Assembly (NCBI GenBank): GCA_051453625.1
Contig: JBOZIK010000001.1
Coordinates: 29,068,282-29,088,281, forward strand
DNA from: Welwitschia mirabilis
Taxonomy: Eukaryota
DNA length: 20,000 nucleotides
Reading direction: 5' to 3'
Both the position numbers and the translations under genes were made by a program. How positions within the stretch are numbered: the stretch's first letter is position 1; the number at the start of each line of letters is the position of its first letter. The notes under the pieces were generated by a model that was not told where the DNA came from, did not search any database, and saw only the letters and a program-made list of their open reading frames with translations. Positions 10,202 to 20,000 of the stretch are shown piece by piece.

Positions 10202-12125
10202 TTTGGAGGAGATTTGGTAGAGCTTATAAGTGAGGGTTCATAAGCCTCTTAGAGCTTTTTATCCATTATTAAACTTATTTTATGTTGTTGTGGCCTCCAT
10301 CCTTGCTCAAATTCTTGGAGCTTATAAATCCTCTTTTTAGGCTTTTTATTAGGATTCTTATTAAGCTATCTTTGGAGTTCTTTAAGCCCTCTTTTCTATG
10401 GCTTCTTGAACTTCTCTTAACCCTTTCTTTATCTTTCATAGCCTTTTTTCTCCTCTCTTTTATCTTTTTATATTTTTAAAAAAATAAATTTTTTTAAACA
10501 AAATCATTTTTATTAAGGGGACATACTATTTTTAGGGAGGATTATGTCTTTTCTTTAAGAAAAAGCTTTTTCATAGAGAAGTCTTTTTAAAAGAGGTAAT
10601 TTTAATATTTTATATAAATTTTTTTTTAAATCTATGAAACCTTTTTTTAAAGGTCATTTTTTGGGTCATACTTTTTAAAGTGGCAGATTTGAAAGAATAC
10701 TATTTTTTAAGAGGAAAAAATTATAATATATTTTTCAAATAGATTACATTTTATTTTGGTAGGTTTTTTTTTCCTTGCCTACTTTTCCTCATAAGGCTAT
10801 CATGAGCCTACTTATTTACTATCTATTACCTACCAAGATCACCTATCTACAATTAATACTCTATCTTAGCTAGCCACTTGCTTGCACATCATTCATAGTC
10901 CTGACTTGTTGCCTATTATGCATGTGTGCCTATCATTTAGGGACCTACAACTTCTTCCTCTCTATAGCAAATTTGCTATGACTATCTTACTGATGATGCC
11001 CCATAATCACTCAAGCTAGTTCAAGCTCCTTGTATTACTGTAATGTTTTCTATAGCATAATTGCTATTATTGTTTTTTTACTAAGCTTTTGACATTATAA
11101 TCATTAACACAATATTGGTATAATGATTAAAAAACTTACAAGCGGAGATAGAGGTCATATGTTTAGTTTTGAATGAAGGAAAATTTCAATTATTTTTAAA
11201 ATTTATTGCTTCACATTTTTAATTTCTACGCACATTTAGAACTACTTACAAGTTACTCAGCCATTATCTCATTTTTATACACATGCAATTTTCTTGAGCC
11301 CTTGCTCAACCATTAACCCTCTTTTGCGCACATTAGCAATTTTCAGTCTTTTTGCTATTTTGAGCTTTTTTTTAATTTTCTTAAGTTTCTAGAGTAATTT
11401 TCCAACATGTAAATCCCTAACTTAGTTTTTAGCATATTTTTAATGCACCTAAAGATTTTTGGATAATTTTTTAATAATTGTAAGTCCTTAATCTTCATTT
11501 TTCTCATCAAGTCAAGTTTGAAATATCAAGCAAGATCTACGTAACTTAAATTTTCTGTCATTTAGACTACTTTTGTGATTCAAATGGATTGAGCTAAGTC
11601 TAGGATGTTTAGTAAGATCCACTTAGCTTAATTATACCAAATGAAACCTTGTTCTCATGTGTGTTTTTTGGTGTTCCTTCTTCCTTTTCTCTTTTTCATA
11701 CTAAAATTTTAATTTTTTTATGATTAAAGTTTAAACTAAAAATTAATTTCACACTTAAACACATCATATTTTATACTACTAATAAGTTTTAATTAGTGAT
11801 AGACATGAAGAGTTTTATGTAAATAGGGATCTATGTTAGGCTATGCTACCCTCTAAGCCTATTGTGTGGTCTTAACTACCTTAATTGTAAAGTTCAGATC
11901 ATATGGAGAGCCATGTATTTCTTAAGTGGAAATGTCCTAGATACCTCAAGGTTTAGATTCCTATGTATACCATGGTAATCGAGCTTAGATCGAGTGAAGG
12001 CTAAAGGCATAGTGATAGGATCTACTTTGATTTGATCACCAAGTTGATAAGAAGTCATGAGTGTATTTAATCTTAATATTTACTAATTCTAAGGTAAAGT
12101 AGATCACCAACATTACATGGTACTA

Positions 12126-12135
12126 NNNNNNNNNN
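12126..12135. other. Assembly gap (10 N)
   Basis: Run of N. Confidence 1.
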
Positions 12136-12716
12136 AGTGAATGACTTAGACATCCCATGAAGGTAATTCATATTTTTATCTTTTATCTTTCTTAAGAGAT
12201 AAGGGTACCATCCCTAAAGAGGATGTGATCACTACCTAGATTCTAGAGTAGACTTTAAAACTAATAAATCTAAATTTTCATCACCTAATAATAAATTAGT
12301 CTCTTTCACATTAAAATTTACCTTACTTAAGTTAAAAACACTTTAAATAATTTACCTTATTTATTCTCATTCATATATGTTTTGCATGATTTAGAGGGAC
12401 TTGTCTTGATTGTTATACATTGTGATTTGGATAAATTACTCAAATTTTTATGATTGATTTCTTTTCATTATGACTGTACCTTTTTGACATGACTTGCCTT
12501 TTCTTTTATTTTATTTTCATTATAACTTAGATAGATAATTTAAACTTTTAAATGATAGTAAGATCCCTTTGCAAGTGATTATAACATTATCTTCAATTTT
12601 TTGTCTTTGGGTTCTTTTAACAAGTTTTCTTTGTGTATTTGATAGATCATATTTTTACTAATGGATGTGAGTAAGATCCCTCTAGAACTTGATTTTATCT
12701 CATAACTTACTAATCC

Positions 12717-12732
12717 CTCTCTCTCTCTCTCT
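12717..12732 (+). repeat. (CT)8 microsatellite
   Basis: ctctctctctctctct. Confidence 0.9.
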
Positions 12733-12949
12733 TTTTAGCATTCATCATCTATTTGACATCAAAAGGCTAATTCTAGATCTTATCAGAGAGCTTCATGCTG
12801 ATTTTATCTATAGAATAATATCAAACCTTCTAGTGATCTTACATGATGATTAAAGTTATACAAATTAGAACAAGGATTTTATGTTAATAATGTGCATATA
12901 TGCTATTAATATATAAATTTTTAAAAAAGAGCATGTTCCTCCTTAAGAT

Positions 12950-14190
12950 TCATATGAAGAAAAGGAATGAAAAGCCATTAATCACAAGATCATAAAGATA
13001 ATGCAAATTATTAGGTACTTTACATAAAATGTAGGTTGATAAAAATAAGTCGTGTTATACCAACTATGATACTTTTTGTGAATCATTTTATGAGAAGAAC
13101 TATCTTTATATGATTAATATTATTACAAGCATAAACAACCTTCACTAGAAAAAGGACAAAATATGATACCTTGTAGCTTAGGTCATGAAAATTAAAATAA
13201 ATGTTACTCAGATAGACCCAATACAAAAAGTTTCCATAAATTATACCAACTGGGTTAATTGCTATTTAGAGGCTTCATTTCTTCATATCTACATTCTATC
13301 AATTTATGAAAGTAATCAACTATCTAATATGAACTTTAACATGCTTAGTAAGTATCTTATTATTGTACAAACTTAGTTTACTTCATAGACTCATCATCCT
13401 CTGATGCAACATGCAAAGTTACTTGTTTTTATGGAATACCTCCCAAACACAAGTAATCTTCTTACAAATCTCATCCATCAAATGACTTACATTCCATAAA
13501 GATAAGGCTTTATAAACATAGTAAAAATAGCCTAATTAGATTCTGCTAAATAAGAAGTAAGTTAAGCATCTTGCAACTCTAATGAAAAAAAAAAAATATC
13601 AATGCTCATTATGTGAAAGAAGTGGACATACCTCAGACTTATATTAGATACATTTATATATGATTAAGTCCATAAGATTTTAAATCCCTTAATAATGATG
13701 AACATTATGATTTAAACATAGTTTTTGACAATTCTAATGTTGTGGATATGAGTAAGTATATCCCTCATGATGAATCTTGAATTCTTGACACAGGTGCTAA
13801 TTATCACATGTCTTATTAGCATGATTATTTTAATGATTTCATCAAAGCATTTAGTTAGGTTTATTTAGTAAATAAAACTCTAGTTCTAGGGAAAGGATAT
13901 GGTTTAATTACTCTAAACTTGATATTACTATCTTTAATAGTACTTCTTATGTTCTATATGTACCTTCTTTTAGGTTACATCTTCTATCGCTTACCATCCT
14001 AGTGTAAGATTATCACTCAATCTTTATGAAAAAGCACTCAATGGACCTTTTTTATTTCAATTACCAACTAGTTATGAAAGGCTAAAAATATGGAAAACTA
14101 ATACATCTTTAAGGTTATGTTAAAAATCATGAGATTACTTGCATAGTTTCCCAAGCTTAAATATTAGATGCTTAATATCCTATGGTTAAG
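12950..14190 (+). pseudogene. Copia gag (zinc knuckle) and aspartic protease remnant
   Basis: CSLCERSGHTSDLY at 13603-13644 (CX2CX4HX4C with the last TGT>TAT), *ILDTGANYHM at 13778-13810 (cf. WILDSGASxHM) and YVLYVPSFRLHLLSL at ~13948-13992 (cf. VLYVPxLxxNLLSV). The start coordinate is approximate. Confidence 0.85.
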
Positions 14191-14487
14191 GGGGTAGATG
14201 TAGTCATGCATTCTACTTCAGTTTCTTTTATTGGTATGCCATCTATATAACCTTTAGGAATTGAGCAATTTGGTGCTTCATTCACTCTTAATCATGGTTT
14301 TCATAGCAATTTAATAGATTCTTTGACTAGAGACACTGGGATTATCCATAGACAACATCATAGTAATTGATCATAGTCCACTTCCCTCGATGTCCATCAT
14401 AATGGAAATGGTAAAAATAGAACTAGATATAGCTCATATACAACTCATGATAATGATATTAATGACCTTCATTTAATTTCTTATGGT

Positions 14488-14800
14488 AAACCAACAACTT
14501 TGAAAGACATCATTCTACATCATTAATGTGTCCATGCCATAAAATAAGAGTACTATGCTTTTGTAGAAAATAATACATGGGACTTGATTCATAAAATCAA
14601 GGAACTTATACAACATGAAGCCATTACACCAGTTTATTATCCGACCGTAGAATTAAAAACTACTACTCAAACAAAGATACGTGGTTGAAAGAAGTTTTGG
14701 GATTTCAATCAAAGATTGGATTGATTTAAACTCATTTTCCTTTTGTACACCATGGGCTTCATTTGATTTTTGATTCTCTAATTGAAGCCACATCTAATCC
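14488..14800 (+). pseudogene. N-terminal fragment of copia reverse transcriptase (RVT_2-like), truncated
   Basis: KPTTLKDIILHH*CVHAIK*EYYAFVENNTWDLI (cf. EPxxxxEA..W..AMxEExxALxxNNTWDLV), followed by a frameshifted GFNQ..G.D-like stretch near 14700. Confidence 0.8.
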
Positions 14801-15060
14801 TAATACTATGAGATGTGTAGCACAAATATGACCTAGTACTATAGCATGTGTACTATATATTTTATCCTAGAATTATGGGATGTGCAATTCACATGAATAA
14901 TCCTATCTACTATGGATATGTAGTAGTAAACTAACTACTTCTTTTACAAAGTAGTTTCTCATATGAAAACCCCTTTCGAAAGGTTTTATTCTAGGCTGCA
15001 TTCTTGAGGTTTTTCTTCAAGAACTTTAGTTTTTCCTTGGAAGAGAGTGTATTTCCACAT

Positions 15061-15071
15061 GAAGGGGGACA
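15061..15071 (+). other. Polypurine tract of element C
   Basis: gaagggggaca lies just before the 3' LTR. Confidence 0.85.
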
Positions 15072-15072
15072 T

Positions 15073-15240
15073 TAATAAGGCTAGCACACATTGCAATCTC
15101 ATGCCTATGGATATGTAAAAACTCTAGTTATCTACTTTTCTATTTAAGCAAGCTTTGTGTTGAACATGTAAAGAAGAGAAAGAAAATGTTTATTTAGAAA
15201 TCTTATTCTCTTGATTTTTTAGAACTTTTATTTCTTAACA
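15073..15240 (+). repeat. 3' LTR of element C
   Basis: Direct repeat of 10020-10187; ends ttaaca; preceded by the PPT. Confidence 0.9.
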
Positions 15241-17028
15241 TATAGTTTATTTAACATTTGTATTTTCACTATAATGAATAACACTTTTAAATACAAATAA
15301 TTAAAACCCTTAAAATATAGTATTATATTGAAAATTTAATCTTTTTAATTGCTAAAACTAAATTATCAATTTTAGTAATTAGTAAAACTCTTTATAAGGA
15401 CTTCTCTTACTAATTTTTATTTTTTAGAATTCATTCATAAATAATGTAATATTTTCTTAATTTTCCTTCCTTGTTGAAATTTATAGATCCTTAGAATAAT
15501 TAAATTAGTATCAATTATAATTTTCATATGGAAAATTCATCATTGATTTATTTAGTATCTATTATTTATCATTTATACTAAAATGAAAAACATTTAAAAT
15601 TACTTGTAATAAAATATGTTAAGTTTTTTTTAATCATATTAAATTAATTGTAATCCCAAGGCTGTGCTTCATGAATAGAAAAAAGAAGGAATAGAAATAT
15701 TAGCTTGTTCAAAATATATATTTTTAAGTTGTGTAAATGATTAATGGAAAATTTGGGTTTTATTTAATTCATAAAACTTTAAATAGATTCTAAATAACAA
15801 TTTTGTAGTTCTAAGTTTTGTATATTCTAGAAACCAAACTATTATTTCCACTAGTTCAAATATTACTTGATTCTAATTCATACTCATAGGAGCAAAAATT
15901 CGCATTAGTTATTATTTAGATGAATGGTTAATTTCAATTTCTTAATTTAGATGAAAAAATTTAGAAACAATGAAAGGACTATAACTAAGGATTCAAATAA
16001 ATTTTAATCGTAATTAAGTTAATTAATATTAAGAAACACATGAAATCCAAGTATATCCCTTACATGTGAATTTTGAAATATACAAAAGTGATTTAATTAA
16101 CCAAAATTAATAGTTTTAAGAACAAATTTAGACAGATGACTAGAAAAATAATTTAAATAATAAAAAATAAAATTTATTTAGTATTTATGTCTTTTAAAAT
16201 AATTAAAATGGTATTATTGATTTCAAATGGTTAAATGAGATGATGTAAATTTATAAAATTTTCAGCGTGTGTGCTATAAAATAATAATACTTTAGTTTAC
16301 TTCCTTAGCTTGAAACTAAGGTAAATTAATATATCTATATGATAAGTAATATGGGGAAAAATTAATATATCATGTTACAAGAACTTTTTAGTGAATCTCA
16401 AACATATAATAAGTTGTTTCTTTCATAAGTAAACATATGGAATGTGCCACATTATAGTTTTTATAAATACAAGATACTATAGAAGAGATAAAGGAAGTTT
16501 TATTAAAATAAATCCTAAATAGTCTATAGACCTAAAGATTTTATTAGGAATTATGCAAATGTAATAAGTGTGATAAAATACTTAGATATTTTTGGAAATG
16601 TAGTGAGACACTTAAATGTGTGAAAGTAAAATGAACATAGAATATTTTTTAATGAAGTCTTAATAGGGAAAGAAAATGAATAGACTGAATAAGATAAATA
16701 AAAAATACATTATTATCAATGTAATTCTAAAAATAATATACTAATATTACATCTAAATTAGTACATTGTAAATAATATAGGATACAATTTGTATATTACC
16801 TAAAGTTAATAATTCTTCATGAAATAGATATTAAAAATCATATCATTTCCTTAACAATAATTTAACTTAATTAATTAATATTAGTTTAATAGTTTGAAAT
16901 TCCATTCAAGATTTTGTAAGTTTATTTCATTGGCATGAAATCATGATGAACATAAAACATGTATTAAAGATAAAACACATCATTAGAAATGTGTATTATG
17001 TTTTATTATTTCATTATTTTATCTATCA

Positions 17029-17038
17029 TTCTCTTCAA
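17029..17038 (-). other. PPT of element D; its 3' LTR starts at 17028 and runs leftwards (far end unresolved)
   Basis: The - strand reads tttgaagagaa|tgatagat just after RNase H, consistent with G>A decay of TTGAGGGGGA|TG. Confidence 0.6.
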
Positions 17039-17069
17039 ATGTTTAATTCTTTATTTTCAATTTGTAGAA

Positions 17070-18535
17070 ATTTTAAAACTTACTAAAACTTATTGTCTAT
17101 CAGTTTGTTTTCTTTTTTACATTGTATGTTGATGTAATAGGGTTTGATGAATCCTTTTTAAGTAGATTTCTCTAATATAGTGGAATTTGGTATGCTTCAT
17201 TCTTTCATAGAGTGTTATATTCTTTATACATATGATTCTATTCTAATCCGTATAATCCATGAAAATTGTAATTTTAACTTCTTTTTCTAGGTTACATAAA
17301 TTTAATGGATTCATTTTATTTCATAGAATAAGGTAGCAGTTGTAATGTATTTATATTTGATAAATAAAAGAGTCATTATCTTCTCTTTTCAAATTAACCA
17401 TTAACTAGTTTTTTATTAAACTCAATGATGTGGCCAATGATATAACTTCCATATCTGACTTTATTCAATCTAAATTTGTACCAAAGATTACAGTTTCATT
17501 TTATTTTCTAGATATTACATTCTGTTTTATTATTTTAGGAAGATATGTTAATACATTAATCAACAATTTCATGTATGTTTTTCTTTACAAAACGTATGAT
17601 TTTAGTAAGCTTACTAATATTTAATGTAATACCTATCCCAATATCCATTAGAAATATTAATTTTCTGATTAACATTTAAGATTTTATGGTCTCAAAATTT
17701 TCAATTATTTTCTCAAGCTTTATTTTTATACTTGATTTCCTTTGGTTGTTTCATTAGTCATATTTCTTTAAATTTTATTTTTGACATATTTTATTAATTT
17801 TTTTACTAAATAATTTTTAAATTCTTTTTTATTCTTTTATATTAAAAAATCCAAAACGAATACTTAATGAATCCAAGATCTAATATTTCAAATTTTTGTT
17901 TAAGAGCCTCTTTAACTTCCTTGATCTTTATTTGATGTTCCCATGATAGTATTATGTCATTTACATCATGTAATAGTATTATGAATTTTTTCATTTTACA
18001 TGTGATTTTACATAGATATTTATATAGACTAATGATTTCTTAAAGTCTATATCTTTGAGGAATACTTCATGCTTCTCAAACCATATTTTAGGAGCTTGTC
18101 TTATGCCATGATGGGACTCTTTCTCCTTTAGTGTATAAAATTTTGTTTCTTAGTATTTAATTTTAAATCCTTTACCTAATGTGGATTACTTCTTTAATAT
18201 CTTAAGTTAGAAACATACATTTAATATTATTTTGAGATAAATTTTGATTATACTATATTACTAAAGATAGAATGATTTATATGATATAGTTTTTTTTTCC
18301 TATTGATGTATATCTTTTATTACAATAATTCAACTCTTTTGGAAAAATTCCTTGATAACAAAGTTTTTCTTAAATCATGAATTTATTATTTTATTTTTCA
18401 ACATAAAATCTTAATTATATTTAACATTTAACACCTATTTCATATTAATTAAGTTCTTTATTACTTTAGTTAGTTTATAAGTTTTATTATTCAATAGTAT
18501 TTCATACTCATCTTACATTTCCTTCTTTCATTTTG
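17070..18535 (-). pseudogene. Element D: degraded Ty1/copia reverse transcriptase and RNase H
   Basis: In order on -: *KKEM*DEYEILLNNKTYKL (~18530), SQNNIKCMFLT*DIKEVI (cf. HQMDVKxAFLNGDLxEEI), SHHGIRQAPKIWFEK (cf. SLYGLKQAPRAW), FIILLHDVNDIILS (cf. LYVDDII), LKQKFEILDLGFIKY (cf. FEMKDLGxLKY), LIRKLIFL, TNLD* (cf. DADW), KYKYITTA (cf. EAEYIAA) and LYERMKHT/KFHYIRE (cf. FHERTKHI/FHFIRE). Confidence 0.9.
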
Positions 18536-19035
18536 AGTTTACAAAAGATTATTTTAGATTAGTTGTTACTAAATAGATCAAAAGTAATCCTAGCAGAGCA
18601 TGAATAAAAATTATAAATTTTGCATTAATACTAGCACCAATAGAAAAACAATATGCATACACAATCATGAAGAGAATAATGGAATACATAATGAAACATA
18701 GATGGACCATGGAAAAGAAATTTATAAAGATATAAGAAACACTTCTAATCCACTATAAGAGGTTAGCTAAAGCTAATGTTGATTTGAATCTCTATTAATC
18801 TTTCTTATTATAAGTTTCTAGGATAAGTTTCTATCTTCAAAAATGGAATTTTCAATATTAGTCTTAACCTATTTATCTAGATCAATTTTCTAAGTGATAA
18901 CATATGCCTTATTGCATTGAATCACTCACTCTTCATATAATATGAAGAATCTTGAACTACTTAGTAATATATAGTGATAGGTACAAATGTATTAATAATA
19001 GTTAGAGGTAAACTACTATAATAAGATGTTAATAT

Positions 19036-19182
19036 NNNNNNNNNNNNNNNNNNNNNNNNNNNNNNNNNNNNNNNNNNNNNNNNNNNNNNNNNNNNNNNNN
19101 NNNNNNNNNNNNNNNNNNNNNNNNNNNNNNNNNNNNNNNNNNNNNNNNNNNNNNNNNNNNNNNNNNNNNNNNNNNNNNNNNN
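19036..19182. other. Assembly gap (147 N)
   Basis: Run of N. Confidence 1.
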
Positions 19183-19424
19183 TTCATCCACATATCTAGT
19201 CGACTATTGCGATACCAAATTATCATATTTTAATAGTGTAATTAGTGATGTTTTATAGGGAATAGGAACTTAATTTAGTCATTTTTAGGAATTTTGTTAT
19301 GAACCAATATAGCAATTCAATTATGATCTTAAGTGTAATATTTTCATCATAAAAATATGAATTTAACCAAGGAATAAAGTGGAAGAAAGAGTGGAAGAAA
19401 GTCTAAGAAATTGACTATCATCCT

Positions 19425-19524
19425 NNNNNNNNNNNNNNNNNNNNNNNNNNNNNNNNNNNNNNNNNNNNNNNNNNNNNNNNNNNNNNNNNNNNNNNNNNNN
19501 NNNNNNNNNNNNNNNNNNNNNNNN
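19425..19524. other. Assembly gap (100 N)
   Basis: Run of N. Confidence 1.
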
Positions 19525-20000
19525 TGTTATCATCTCCACAACAAAGAACATAACCACATGGATTAAGGAATTTGAGGAGACCTTGGAAAGGCTGATTTGG
19601 TGAGGCTAGCATGGTGCGTCGAGGTGGATATTATGGCCTATTTCATCTCTACAACATAGGGACGACATATCTATTAAGCTTCAAATTCAAATCCTAATAA
19701 GCTTCTGATGTGGCAGCCTATGATTGGATGATGAAGGGATGTCATGTCATATGTCATCCCAACAATACCAGTGAAATGACTGTGTCATAACTTCTTTCTA
19801 ACTGAGTCAATTAAGATCTAATTTAAGCCTAATAATGTCTCTTCATTTATACTAATCTTCCTAACCCATAACCACCTTAGGAAAACTATAAAATCCTCCA
19901 TTTAGCATCATTTAATCATCTTTTGACATTGGAGGATTCGTAATAGAGGCATCCAAGGAGTTAACAGTCCATTTCAACATAGAAGAGATCATTCTTAGTG
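19525..20000 (+). mobile_element. Possible LTR (U3/R) of a younger retroelement
   Basis: Higher GC with surviving CG/CHG sites, gatgtggcagcctatgattgg, tgtcatgtcat repeats and a TATA-like ctataaaa at 19886. No partner copy or termini visible. Confidence 0.3.

Larger units (their letters stand above)
11095..12750. mobile_element. Probable secondary insertion inside element C (unclassified LTR/5'UTR-like fragment); boundaries approximate
   Basis: About 1.7 kb of non-coding sequence separates the copia leader from gag. Its composition differs, it retains a few CG sites (e.g. 11143, 11980, 11991), and it has a duplicated agtaagatccct (12557, 12670). No TSD established. Confidence 0.35.
10020..15240 (+). 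mobile_element. Element C: ancient internally deleted Ty1/copia LTR retrotransposon
   Basis: 168-bp LTR pair, PBS, PPT, TSD tctag (10015-10019) / tatag (15241-15245), and copia zinc knuckle, protease and RT-start motifs in the correct order. Confidence 0.9.

Noticed and set aside
10282..10479. 65-aa hydrophobic ORF resembling a small membrane protein
   Set aside because: Arises from T-rich degenerate repeats in the copia leader; no independent support.
13185..13376. 63-aa ORF
   Set aside because: Lies within decayed copia gag; a chance open stretch with no recognisable motif.
14630..14700. Local CG cluster (ccgaccgtag, gatacgtgg) as possible captured foreign DNA
   Set aside because: Too short, and it lies within the RT remnant between recognisable motifs.
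15246..17028. Extremely AT-rich stretch as a possible MITE/Helitron, or left end of LTR D at 16571 (tgataa)
   Set aside because: No convincing TIRs, hairpin, TSD or partner LTR found; left unannotated.
17430..17624. 64-aa ORF on +
   Set aside because: Antisense to the RT/RNase H junction of element D.
18961..19612. Four - strand ORFs
   Set aside because: Artefacts of reading through N gaps.

Overview
Very AT-rich, strongly CG- and CHG-depleted DNA, almost certainly plant nuclear intergenic or heterochromatic sequence, made largely of ancient, decayed and partly nested LTR retrotransposons. I see no intact gene, RNA gene or CRISPR array. Reconstruction by eye: (A) an Athila-like Ty3/gypsy element on + (from before 1 to ~9785) whose 3' LTR is split by (B) a related, structurally complete but pol-less Athila-like element inserted in the opposite orientation (3023-9267; two ~1.3 kb LTRs, decayed PBS, PPT, decayed TSD). 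(C) A Ty1/copia derivative on + (10020-15240; 168-bp LTRs, tRNA-iMet PBS, PPT, 4/5 TSD, gag/protease/partial RT remnants, integrase core and RNase H missing) carries a ~1.7 kb secondary insertion. (D) A second Ty1/copia fossil on - has a near-complete degraded RT-RNase H (~17070-18535). A probable younger LTR lies among the assembly gaps at the right end. I found no convincing novel biological system. The most noteworthy points are the apparently non-autonomous pol-less Athila-like family and the preservation of element architecture despite roughly a quarter of LTR positions having diverged. Family assignments rest on remembered consensus motifs, not on database searches.
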